DNA from: Octopus vulgaris
Lineage: Eukaryota
Length of the DNA stretch: 64,000 nucleotides
Direction of reading: 5' to 3'
NCBI GenBank assembly: GCA_951406725.2
Contig: OX597823.1
Span: 30,442,001 to 30,506,000, forward strand
Position numbers and translations under genes: made by a program. Each line of letters begins with the position of its first letter. Position 1 is the first letter of the stretch. The notes under the pieces were generated by a model. It did no database searches, was not told the DNA's origin, and saw only the letters and a program-made list of their open reading frames with translations. Below are positions 40,086 to 52,122 of this stretch, in pieces.

Positions 40086-40528
40086 GCTGGCAGAAACTTT
40101 GGCACGCCGGGCGAAATGATAAGCAATATTTCGTCTGTCTTTACGTTCTGAGTTCAAATTCCGCCCAGGTCGACTTTGCCTTTCATCCTTTCGGAGTCGA
40201 TAAATTAAGTACTAGTTGCATACTGGGGTCCATCTAATCGACTGGCCCCCCTCCCCCAAAATTTCGGGCCTTGTGCCTCGAGTATAAAAGAAAAGAATAT
40301 TTGCTGTCAGAAAGGCGGTGAGCTGGCCGAAACGTTAGGACTCCAGGCGAAATGCTTAGCAATATTTCGTCTGTTTTTATGTTCAGAGTTCAAATTCCGC
40401 CGAGGTCGACTTTGCCTTTCATCCTTTCGGAGTCGATAAATTGAGTACCAATTGCGTACTGGGGTCAATCTAATCGACTGGACCCCTCCCCCAAAATTTC
40501 GGGCCTTGTGCTTAGAGCAGAAAAGAAT
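40086..40528 (+). mobile_element. Two tandem full-headed SINE A copies, tail-1 variant
   Basis: Copies at 40086-40297 and 40312-40528, each with its own head and a tail ..AAATTTCGGGCCTTGTGC..AGAG..AAAAGAAT. Confidence 0.9.
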
Positions 40529-41990
40529 ATCGTGGTTAAGCGACAATTATTTCTAGTAGTATTACTGGTTAATATTATACTCAGAGCAAAGCTAGAAATT
40601 ACGATAAACACAAGTTTTATATTGTTAGTTCTTACTATTAGTTTTACTGTGGTAATTTGGATCTCAGCACAGGATGTTTCCAAATGCAGTTTGAAGCTTA
40701 ACCACAAAGGCTCATCTGGGATCACTTTACTGTTTTATGTTTCAGAGAATTTATGACTGGAGTTGAGTAAGTGGCGAAGTGTTTTAGAAGTATTTTGAGA
40801 GGAAGTAGAAATGCAATTGGTAGAGAAATAGAGGGACTAAGAAAGAAAAGAGAGAAAAGGGAAAGAAAGGACAAAAACAGATAATGAAGGAAGGGAGAAA
40901 ATAAATCAGAGAAAAAAAGAAAGAGAAAGAAAAAGAAGAGAGAAATGAAGAGAAAAGTCTCTTCCTGTTTTTCTCGCTTCTTTCTTTCTCTCCAAAGTTT
41001 TGGCTTTTCGTTATACAAACAAAGCCAGACAGACAAACGATAACAGGAGGACAAAGAATGAAACAGAAAGATAGGTTGGAAGGAAGGTACGTGCGCGGGT
41101 GGACAGGCGGGTAGAATATCAGTAGGCAGGTAGCTTGGCTGCGTACATGTCAACCGTCCATCCATCTGTTTTCCCAACTAACTGTTTGTGGCAGGTCTCG
41201 GGAGTAAAGTTTTCAGGCACCTCCTCCTGACACTTTCCGGCTGGATTCCGAAGCGTCACCGACAGAGACAATGGATATTATCCAACCATCTCGTTCTTGG
41301 ACTAACCCTAGATTTCCTACCGATTAGTGTGTCTTGAGATTTATGTCAACCGAAACAAAAACAAAAAAATTAAATTAAGTCGTATTTTCGACAACCATTC
41401 AGAAGCTTCCTTTACTTTTATGCGCTGTCCGAAACCTGAAATAAATGTATGCAAATCCGAAACAATTTCTTGGCGATATTTGATCTCAAAAACATTAAGA
41501 TTTGAGTGTAGAGGGACAGCAGAGACACTTTAATAATAGCATAGTAGTCAGACATTTTTATCTAGCTTGATGTTGTTCTGTTTATTTCCAACAGAAGCAC
41601 CTTCTAACTGTCCGTCTTTATTTATATATTTAGAAACACGAATCGTTAACGTTTTCAGGTCGGCCATATTGTTCGGCCGGAAGCCAACTTCTGACACAAT
41701 TTATCTATCTAAGAACGTTTATGTGAGGATTTGTTGTTGTTGATGATGGTGTTGTTGTTGTTGTTGCTGTTAGACACAACGGCGACGACGTCGACAAATA
41801 CAACATATCAAATAGTTGTGGGCGAAAAAGAAAAAAATATTTGAAAGGCGAGGGTAAAGTGCGATAAAAGAAAGAGGTTTTAAGAGAAATGAAATAAAGA
41901 AGGAAAAATAAGAAAGCATATGAAAAAAGAAGTAAAATGAAGGAAAGAGAAGGAAGAAAAAAGTCAAAGAAGCACAAATTTCGTAGTTGG

Positions 41991-42030
<40 letters not shown>

Positions 42031-42112
42031 GAGAGGAAAAGTGTAATTCTGTAAACAGAAATAAGAAACTACATTACAGTTGATTACTTTTTAAACCACT
42101 GAATTCCGTCTC

Positions 42113-42178
<66 letters not shown>

Positions 42179-42195
42179 CATCATCATCATCATCA

Positions 42196-42256
<61 letters not shown>

Positions 42257-42270
42257 CATTATCATCATCA

Positions 42271-42350
<80 letters not shown>

Positions 42351-42352
<2 letters not shown>

Positions 42353-42801
42353 GGCAGCGAGCTGGCAAAATCGTTAGCATGCCGGGCAAAATACTAAGTA
42401 GTATTTCGCCCGTCGCTACGTTCTGCCAAGGTCGACTTTGCCTTTTATCCTTTCGGGGTCGATAAGTTAAGTACCAATTGAGTACTGGGGTTGATGTGAT
42501 CGACTATCCCCCTTCCCACAAAATACAGGCTGTGTACCTGTTGTAGAAAAGATTATTATTATAATTAATTATTTTTTCTTTTTAAGGCAACAAGCTGCGG
42601 ATTCGTTAGCACGCTGGACGAAATGCTTAGCGGTATTCTGCCCGTCGCTGCGTTCTGAGTTCGAATTCCGCCGAGGTCGACTTTGAGTTTCATCCTTCGG
42701 GGTCCATAAATTAAATACCAGTGAAACACTGGGGTTGATGTAATTGACTAATCCCCTCCCCAAAAATTTCAGGCCTTGTGCCTATAGAAAGGATTATTAT
42801 A

Positions 42802-42834
<33 letters not shown>

Positions 42835-43090
42835 GTTGTTGTTGTTGTTGTTGTTGTTGTTAAGGCGATGAGGTGGCAGAATCATTAGCACGCCGAACAA
42901 AAATGCTTTGTGGTATTTCGTCCGGTCCGAGACTCATCTCGTTCTGAGCTCAAATGCCACTGAGATCATATTTACTTTCTGTCCTTTCGGAGGTCGATAA
43001 AAGAAACTATCAGTCAAGATTTGATGTAACTGGATTAGCCCCCTTTTCCCTAAAATTACTGGCCTTGCGCCAAAATTTGAAACAGTTATT
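42351..43090 (+). mobile_element. Three full-headed SINE A tail-1 copies separated by (ATT)n
   Basis: Heads AAGGC(A/G) at 42351, 42584 and 42862; first two tails end AGAAA(A/G)GATTATTAT; third copy diverged. Confidence 0.85.
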
Positions 43091-43354
43091 ATCATAATTA
43101 CGGGTGGCCTCGCTCACAGTGATCCTTTTATAGTTTTGGTGTTGCTTTTGTTGACTATTTTAGTATTTGTTAAAAGGTAAAGAGTCTGGGCAAGGTTGTT
43201 TATGGAAGACCAACAGTTGCTCATGCATACCAGCCTATCCCCTCCACGCTACCGATGTTATCCAAGGGAAAGACAAAGGCTGATACAGCTTGGCCTTTGT
43301 TGAAGTACCAAGTTAGTTCGTTATTATCCGCGCAGCCCGAAGTAAGGTGAATAA

Positions 43355-43571
43355 AATCAAAATAAGCAACAGGATATCATGTAGTGATGCAGTACGACTG
43401 TTTCAAGCGGTTCTTTAATTGAACAATGTAATCATTACGTCGATTTATTTATTTGTGCAGCTGAGGATAGCTCTGCATTTAAATTGATGTAATGATTACA
43501 TTGTTCAATTAAATGGAGCCGCTTGAAACGGTCGTACTGCATCACTACTTGATATCCTGTTGCTTATTTTG

Positions 43572-43574
<3 letters not shown>
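43355..43574. repeat. About 93 bp-arm inverted repeat (Penelope-like inverted pair)
   Basis: 43355-43447 is the reverse complement of about 43480-43574 with few mismatches; followed by (TA)n. Confidence 0.9.
43455..43542 (+). ncRNA. Minimal type I hammerhead ribozyme motif
   Basis: GTGCAG-CTGAGGA-T-[long imperfect stem II AGCTC..CATTTAAATTGA..TCAATTAAATGGAGC]-GAAAC-GGTC-GTA-CTGCAT: 6 bp stem I, GUA triplet. Confidence 0.7.
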
Positions 43575-43605
<31 letters not shown>

Positions 43606-44059
43606 CCATGTATAACCATTGCATTCTGAATAGTATAATGATCTGTTCATACGCACTATGTTCTTTAACTTCATTGGACACTTTTTCCAAAGCGTAACTA
43701 TTTTTAGAAAAATAACATCGTCCTCAAATGTTACCAAACCAATCTCTTCATGCGATCATCCCAATATTAAAAAAAGCTATTGAGTAGGCCCCACGGTTTC
43801 GGGCCCTGAGATACGCCTGTTTTTTTTTTCCCCTTGTCACTGAACTTTCAACATGATTATAGGAAGTGAATGGGGAAAAAAATAACCCAGTCAAAGCTGT
43901 GTGAAAATCCAGGTAATATGGGAAGTAATTTGTGCACTACAGAGGAATTTGATTATACATGCCGGATTATTCGTTCAAAATATATCCGGATCGATAATGC
44001 TTCTGGAATTTGGATAATTTGAAACGGAAAAGATAAATGTAAGCAACCACTTTAATTTG

Positions 44060-44440
44060 ATGATGGATGTGATGGTGGTCGTCGTCGTTGTCGAAGAGGT
44101 CGTCGTCATCGTGGTGATGGTAGAGGAGGTGGTGGTGGTGGTGGTGGTGGTGGTAGTGGTGGTGGTGGTAGTGGTGGTGGTGGTGGTGGTAGTGGTGGTG
44201 GTGGTGGTAGTGGTGGTGGTGGTGGTGGTGGTGGTGGTGGTGGTGGTGGTGGTGGTGGTGGTGGTGGTGGTAGTGGTGGTGGTGGTGGTGGTAGTAGTGG
44301 TGGAGGAGTAGGAAGAAGTGATGGAGAAAGAAATGGTGGAGGTGGGGTTGATAGTCATGGTGGAGGTGCTTTTGGTGGTGGTAGTGGTGGTGGTGGTGGT
44401 GGTGGTGGTGGTGGTGGTGAAGGTGGTGGTCATGGCGGTG
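44060..44440. repeat. Long imperfect (GGT)n microsatellite
   Basis: Directly visible; source of the 260 aa poly-Thr ORF. Confidence 0.95.
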
Positions 44441-44685
44441 ATTGTGGGGTCTGCATCAGTAGAAAATATACGTTTAGTGAAGTTCACGAGTTTGGATGAA
44501 TTCCAAAGGAGAAAGCTAACGGTTCTGGATTGGCCATTACGGCTGAAGAAGAAGCTCTCTCTTAAATTTTTTTTTATTTGACGCTTTTCTTTTCGTTTTT
44601 GTTTTGTTTTGCGTGGCATCTTTTGGTTTATTTTTCCGTCAGAGGAAAAACTTTTATTTTTTTGTGTCAGTTGAAAAATTCTCTC

Positions 44686-44752
<67 letters not shown>

Positions 44753-45248
44753 TACATACGAAGGCATTCAAACGCACTTCACTCTCCTACACATACGAAT
44801 TTGTTTCATTTTATGGAAGTTTACGCGGAATTTTTTGTAGGCGGAAAATAATAAATAACAAACAGAAACCAAAACCCCCACTTGTTACACTCAATGGTGT
44901 CGTTTAGCCCCACGTCATTCTTACAGGATCACAAATGCTCAAGAATAAAAATAACAGTTACGCTGTGAAACTATTATGTCTAAACGCTTAGCAACCCAAC
45001 ACCAAGTGCTTTAGCGATTGCGGATCCAATATAAATATAATTATCCCGGCAGAGAATTCCCAAGTTTCGAAGCAGTTTCAATGAAATGTCCACATCTACA
45101 ATGAAGTTGAGCGCTACTTTTGTCTCTCATTTTTGCTTCCTGTTTCAAACAAGTTATCGCAAGTGTTTGAGCTTACATTTACTGCAAGCCATCAGTATTC
45201 CTTATATAGTAGCATACGTATTTTACACAGACACGCACATATGGAATG

Positions 45249-45458
45249 GAAGCATTCCGTCGGTTGCGACGATGAGGGTTCCGGTTGATCCGAATCAACG
45301 GAACAGCCTGCTCGTGAAATTAACGTGTAAGTGGCTGAGCACTCCACAGACACGTGTACCCTTAACGTAGTTCTCGGGGATATTCAGCGTGACACAGAGA
45401 GTGACAAGGCCTATGACCGCGAGTCCACTGCCCTAACCACTGGGCCATTGTGCCTCCT
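45249..45458 (-). mobile_element. SINE family C with internal deletion
   Basis: 3' module joined directly to the head (GACAAGGC|CTATGACCGCGAGTCC). Confidence 0.85.
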
Positions 45459-45643
45459 ACACGCATATATATCCCAGGGATGTCTTACGTATGAGATAGT
45501 ATTCCACTGCTTAAGCAGTTATGACACAGTCATTACGGAATCGGAAGGTAATACTCTACTAACATTTATGAGCAGCTGCAGGCCACATGTCCAATATCTT
45601 CTAGAGGAATGTAACGTACACTGACAGCTTTCGTTATATCGTA

Positions 45644-46018
45644 TACTCTTTTACTCTTTTACTTGCTTCAGTCATTCGACTGCGGCCATGCTGGAGCACC
45701 GCCTTTAGTCGAACGAATCGACCCCAGGACTTATTCTTTGTAAGCCGAGTATTTATTCTATCGGTCTCATTTGCCGAACGGTCGCACCGATGATCTACGG
45801 ACATTTATGTAAGTAAAATTACGTAATATGTTAATTACGTAATATGTTAATAGTGAAACATGTATGCGAATAATCCATATTTTTATTGCTTTTTCTTTTG
45901 TCTTGCTCGATTACGTTTTAGTTGTTTTGCAAAATTTTTCTTGAGAACATTTCTTAGTGGTAAGACCATAGCGGATCTATTTCTAGCATAAGGGTGTCCA
46001 CATAGTGGTTTCCCTCTA

Positions 46019-46049
<31 letters not shown>

Positions 46050-46213
46050 CGAGGGGCTTCTTTTAGTTTCTGTCTACCAAATCCACTCACAAGGCTTTGG
46101 TCGGCCCGAGGCTATAGTGGAAGACACTTGCCCAAGGTGCCACGTAGTGGGGCTGAACCCTGAACCATGTGGTTGGGAAGCAAGCTTCTTACCACACAGC
46201 CAAGCCTGCGCCT
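45644..46213 (-). mobile_element. SINE family B split by an about 240 bp unrelated insert (45780-46020)
   Basis: 3' part at 45644-45779 and 5' part at 46021-46213, both matching 34518-34952. Confidence 0.8.
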
Positions 46214-46255
46214 ATAGCTCAATATTTCTCTCTGTCTTTTTATATCCAGATAATC

Positions 46256-46420
46256 GCATGCGTGGCTATATGGTTAGAAGCTCGTTTTCCAATCATATGG
46301 TTCCAGGTTCCGTCCCACTACGTGGTACCTTGGGCAAGTGTCTTCAACTATAGCCTCCGGTCGACTAAATGCTGGTGAGTGAATTTGGTAGACGGAAACT
46401 GAAAGAAGTCTGTCTTACAT

Positions 46421-46494
<74 letters not shown>

Positions 46495-46810
46495 TTGTGT
46501 GTGTCTGTGTTTGTGTTTATACAGGGTGATTCAAAAGTCACCATACATAGAAAAAAATTATTTTTTATAAGAAACAGTTAAATAAAAAGAACCCGTTTCT
46601 TTAAAAAAAATAGATAGTTCTTATGTATGGCGACTTTTGAATCACCCTGTATATCCGTAACTTTGTCGTTCGGAAAAACAAACTGATAGAATAAGTACCA
46701 GGTTTGAAAAGAAAACAGTGGGGTCGATTCATTCAACAAAAAGCGCTTCAAGGTAGCGCCCCAGCATGGCCGCAATCTAACGACTGAAACAATTAAAAGA
46801 TGAAAGATAT
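46256..46810 (+). mobile_element. SINE family B interrupted by a Tc1/mariner MITE
   Basis: Head CGTGGCTATATGG..GGTACCTTGGGCAAGTGTCTTC; tail CCCAGCATGGCCGCAATC. Confidence 0.85.
46522..46649. mobile_element. Tc1/mariner MITE
   Basis: TA-CAGGGTGATTCAAAAGTCACCATACATA ... TATGTATGGCGACTTTTGAATCACCCTG-TA. Confidence 0.9.
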
Positions 46811-47487
46811 TTAACAATCATTAATTGCGCTTGAATAGCTCAAGAATGGCCCTCAACGTGTGAGCAGAGGTAACAGTCACAAGTCCAAAGAAGCAACATT
46901 TTGTATTGAAACACGTTTCTCCGGCAGTTCAGTGGGAGCGGGACACATCAGTACTGAGTATTGAGTGCTTTTTGGGGAGTTCGCACCCAACTCTTTAATT
47001 ATGAAATTTAACAGATATTGTCTCTGATACTAAGCATTTTCCTTTATCCTTTCCTCAAAGACAGCGTCTGTTAATAAATTTATTTCTGAAGAAATTTCTA
47101 TTTGTTATCAAGACCTTGTACGTTTTTAATATCTGCTGAATGAACTTTGTAGATTAATCAAGTGAGAGCAACCAAAGATACCGCCTACTGAGGCTGCCAA
47201 GCTGTGATGTTGTTTAAGATTAGATGGATGCCGTCCTTGTAACTCTTTCACAGCTTTATAAAACAGTCAGAAGAATTTCCCCGAGCTTTTTGATTATCAG
47301 CAGAATTATATGACTGCAAAATGATTGAGTAATTAGGATGTCGGACAGAATGCTTCGCAGTATGTGTTCCGACTTTCTGCGCTCTATATTCAAATCCCGC
47401 CGAGGTCGACTTAACTTTCCGTCCTTTTCAAGTCGACAAAAAACAATCCGAATATAAAGTGGTTGATCGACGAAACTGCAAGAACGT

Positions 47488-47574
47488 TACGCCATATTCC
47501 CGTGAGCATGTGGCGTAGTGGTTAAGAGCGCGGCCTACTGACCCCAAGATTCTGAGTTCGATTCCAGGCAGTGA

Positions 47575-47665
<91 letters not shown>

Positions 47666-47850
47666 AACAATAATAATAATAATAACATCGAAAAATACCT
47701 TAGGACCGAAAACCCAGGTTCAAAATTACCCCCAAGACACCTGATGAAGGCTGGAGGGTATATAAGCCGAAACGTTATGTTAACAACAAATAAAATGTCC
47801 GTAAAATGTAAATAATGTACATAATTCCTCATCTCTTAAATATAGAACTG
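47488..47850 (+). mobile_element. tRNA-headed, hammerhead-bearing element (family G)
   Basis: A-box TGGCGTAGTGG at 47511, B-box GAGTTCGATTCC at 47554, (AAT/AAC)n linker, hammerhead GACAC-CTGATGA-A-GGCT..AGCC-GAAACGTT-ATGTT at 47736-47781; 14 bp inverted stub upstream of the head. Confidence 0.85.
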
Positions 47851-48785
47851 TTATATCTGATGCTTTGAAGTATTTGCTCTGGGTTTTTGTGTTCTGAGTT
47901 CAAAGCCCGTCATGGCCTGCTTGATTGATAGTCTTAACCCGTCGCCCGGTTTACCACCACCTGGCAACTTGAATGCCTTTAACAGAGTCGGTTCTATTTG
48001 GAAGCATTACCACCTTCTCCCCCTCACAAGACTTGGGCATTGTCTTCTGAATCATAGATCAAAAGAAGGCGTCAGATTTGTACTAACCCTATGAACAGAG
48101 ACTTCGAGAAACATCTTTGCATGGCGTCAAAATATTGCATTATCGTAATCTTCCTTTATGTGAATAGCACAAAACTCCATTGTTTCAATTTATATAACAA
48201 AAATGACGAACAGTTATTTAAGCTTTAGAAATATCTTGCATATTGAAAATGTTCAGCATACAAATTGTTTGTATAAAATACGTATTCGTTGGTCATTATT
48301 TTCTTTGCTTGGTAACGTTAGCTGTTCCAGATTCCTATATACACATTCACCAACGTAGCCAAATGCGCCAACAATTATTGATATATATAAATATGTCGAT
48401 TTGTAATAATCTTGGCAGACAAATTATCGGTTTAGAAGCAGTTATCTATAAATATTTTTCTCGTTGATTTTGAAAGATACGTTCACATCTGTAGGCCAGT
48501 TCTTCATTACAACTATACTTTACGTATATGCAAGTGTTAGAGTATGTTTTATATTCTGTGAATAAGTAATCATACACAACATCTAAACATGTATACACAT
48601 CAATAATTGATGTAGCATTTGTACGTGTCATTTGACCCTTTGGGTCTGCTGCAGATAGCTTATTAGAAATTATTGAAGAAAATAAATATAGAAGCACTGC
48701 AATTTGGATACATTGAGGTAATATCCAATTGAGGTAACTCAAACGGACAAACACACACACACACACATACATACACACACATACA

Positions 48786-48821
<36 letters not shown>

Positions 48822-48988
48822 TATATATTTATGTATATACATGTATATATATACATATATATATATATATATGTACATATGTATACGTATATATACCTAT
48901 GTTTGTATATATATATACATGTGTGTGTGTATACATTTACAGTAATATATATATATACATACATGTATACATATATTTATATATATAA

Positions 48989-49111
<123 letters not shown>

Positions 49112-49535
49112 CATAGATATATGAATATCTACAAGTAAGCGATGTATGGATATAGCGAAAAGAAAAACTTTAGAAGGAAAAGATAAAGAACAAGAAAATG
49201 TGGGAAGCTGGAAGAAAGAAGAGAGGAGATTAAAGCTTATAACTTAGTTCAAAGATAATCATCACAAGACCTACCTCGGCGATTCTGGCTATAGATTACC
49301 GAGTAAAAAGTCCAAAAATAGTTCCTGTACTCTGAGACACTCAAAGAAAATAACCAAAGAACTGAAGAAGGAATGGTTAGATCAGGAAGCAATAATCTAA
49401 TCAGGAAACGGATTTGGTGGAAGCGGGTGGGAAAGGAGAAAAAAATAACAAATGATATAAACGTAAATGTCAGAATATATCTGTCCAATTTTACGTTTTC
49501 ATTTGGATATGTTTGTATTTTGTATGTATATACCC

Positions 49536-49572
<37 letters not shown>

Positions 49573-49803
49573 CAGGTTATGAGAGGTAATGGTGTCATTG
49601 AGACCCAAAGGTGTCAGGTAATGCTGAATAAGTGCTATAAATGGACTGCAGTTAAGTTCCAGGTTCGGTGATTATGCGAATAAGGGGTTCAACGTTGGTC
49701 ACATGTCAGCATGTGTATATAAACATTTTTTTCGTAGTGAGATAAAAAAAAATAGCAAGGCTGTGTACATTTTAGAACACTTGTTCTAAAATCTACACAA
49801 TCG

Positions 49804-51202
49804 CTGGGAGTTTGGTTTGGGCCAGGCCTCCAGATAGAGAAGAACTGGACGGAGGTATTGAGCAGGGTGGCTGCAGTAGTCAAGACCTGGTCTTGGCGGC
49901 GGCTATCCCTGAAAGGGAGGGCGGAGGTGGCCAATGTGTTTATCGCATCGGTCATTATCTACCACCTGACCGTCGTGCCCTGTCCGGATTCGTGGTTAAT
50001 CAGACTGGAGAGACAGATCTTTTGCTTTTTGTGGAAGGGCAGGTCGCCACTTGTGAAACGCTCTGTCTGTTGTCAAAAGCCTTTAGAGGGAGGTTTAGGG
50101 ATGCCTTGGTTAATGATGCGCAGACATGCGTTGAGGTTGAGGCACCTCTGGATTCTCCTCGATAGTGAACGGGTGTGGTCTCCGCTGGCCAGACAAATGT
50201 TCCCTGAGTTCAAAAGTATTTGCGAACAGAAAGCCTAGTGTTCTCGTAGACCGAGGTCGAGTGAGTGGCATAAAGAGTGCCGTAAGCCCCTCTTGCTATT
50301 CCGGCGCTCGGGCAACGCCATCAGTGGAGGTTCCACACAGATTTTATATAGTGGGTTGGTAGAGTCTGAATGCGACGATGGCTTGGGGTCGACTCTAGGT
50401 TTCGGATTTATTCAACTGGACAGCCTGTTTCACTGTACATTCAGGTTGAGAACTTTGGACAACTTCCAAAAGTCCTTAACCTGGCAATGCTACAGAGGTA
50501 CCTTGCCCGTTTGGAATAAGCTCGCAAGACATGGTAAACGTCAGTCGCCGATCTGTCCAAGATGCGGGGTGGGGACAGGGAAACCGTCCCTCACGCTGTC
50601 GTTCAGTGTCTGGAGATAACTGAAATGCGGGCTTATGCTGAACACCTGTTGTCCGGCGAAGGAAGAGTACAGCTATCGACTGAGTCAATTATAAAAATTG
50701 ACCCACCGGGAGTTCTAACGAACGAAGGTAAGAATTGTTTTCTCACGGCTGTAGCAATAGCAAAAGAGGCAGTGTGAAAGACAAGGATAGAAGGAATTAA
50801 GACAGACAACTTTATCTCTGTCCAGAACTTACAATAATTTTTTTCCTTTCATTTGAAAAGGAAGTTGTAGCTGGAAAAGAGGTGTCTATCGGAGTGTACG
50901 TTCCAAAAGAGATGGAAGCTAGTTGCACGAGTGTTGGGCGTGCAAGGAACCGTGTGAATAGACGGAAAAATGGAAACAAAAGGAAAAAAAAGGTACCAGC
51001 GGTAGATCGGGGCTTGTGGGGTCGGAGCGTGGCCTGATCATCGTTTCATTTGTATTGTTTTTGTATTGTTAATTCCATTCGATTTTTATATATTGTATCT
51101 AAATTTTTAAAGTCACATTATATGTAAAATCATATCGCTTCACTGATCCCATAAGCTGATCTGTCCGTTTCTATGTTTGGCCCCCGGTGGGCAATAAAGA
51201 AA
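49804..51202 (+). mobile_element. 5'-truncated Tx1/L1-clade LINE (RT thumb, zf-RVT CCHC, C-terminus, 3' UTR)
   Basis: LGVWFG..WSWRRLSLKGRAEVANVFIASVIIYHL..FLWKG..PLEGGLGMP; CPRCG..ETVPHAVVQC across a frameshift; stop at 50955-50957; tail TATGTTTGGCCCCCGGTGGGCAATAAAGAAA. Confidence 0.88.
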
Positions 51203-51204
51203 TT

Positions 51205-51430
51205 GGTATTTCGTCTGCCGTTACGTTCTGAGTTCAAATTCAGCCGAGGTCGACTTTGCCTTTCATCCTTTCGGGGTTGATAAATTAAGCACCAGTTACG
51301 CACTGGGGTCGATATAATCGACTTAATCCGTTTGTCTGACCTTGATTGTCCTCTCTGTGTTTAGCCCTTTGTGGGTAGTAAAGAAATAGGTATTTCGTCT
51401 GTCTTTACGTTCTGAGTTCAAATTCTGCCG
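51205..51430 (+). mobile_element. Headless SINE A units directly downstream of the Tx1 LINE
   Basis: Starts at GGTATTTCGTC; tail-2; second junction AAAGAAATAGGTATTTC at 51380-51396; last unit truncated. Confidence 0.9.
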
Positions 51431-51615
51431 GAGTAAAGTAGATAAAATAAACAAACTATTGTCTTCTCTTTATCTGCAACTCTTTTATCTCATCACAAAC
51501 TAATTCTTCTTAATCTACAGAATCACAACGTTTAACTCTGGACACCAGGCCTTTGTTAAATGATCTAAATAATACTTTTTTTTTATATTTGATCGCATTA
51601 TTATAGACACAAGCT

Positions 51616-51836
51616 AAGGCGGCGAGCCGGCAGAATCGTAAGCATACCGGGTAAAATGCATACTTTGCGGTATTACGTCTGCCGCTACGTTCTGAGTTCA
51701 AATTCCGCCGAAGTTGACTTTACCTTTCATTCTTTCGAGATCTATAAATTGAATACCAGTTGCGTACAGGAGTCGATCTAATCGACAGGCCCCCTCCCCA
51801 ACAATTTCGGGCCCTGGACCTAGAGTAGAAAAGAAT
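51616..51836 (+). mobile_element. SINE A tail-1 variant
   Basis: Full head AAGGCGGCGAG to tail TAGAGTAGAAAAGAAT. Confidence 0.9.
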
Positions 51837-52122
51837 ATATATACTAATGATCCGATATAGAATCTTGTATATCACTCTGTGTAAAGACCAATCTAACTGG
51901 GAATACAAGAATGGATTTATCGTTGAGAATGGTGATGAACTATAACTTCTGACACTAGCATAGGCATACGCGCAGTTCTTTACTAATTTAAAAGCTTTCG
52001 TTTGCTTGATGTATATCTATTAACGGTGAGCTTATTTTTAAGCGACATCGAAAGGTAAAATTCAATGTTAAACAAAAGAAAGACTTGGGGGCAGGAAGTG
52101 ATACACTTGTGTCTACAATAAT

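Noticed and set aside
43975-44757. 260 aa Thr-rich (mucin-like) ORF
   Set aside because: Built from (GA)n and (ACC)n microsatellites; no recognisable domain or supported exon structure.
47504-47577. Functional tRNA gene
   Set aside because: Acceptor and T stems do not pair properly, the anticodon reads ACT, there is no oligo-T terminator, and it is fused to a repeated body; treated as a SINE head. The same applies to heads of families A-E.
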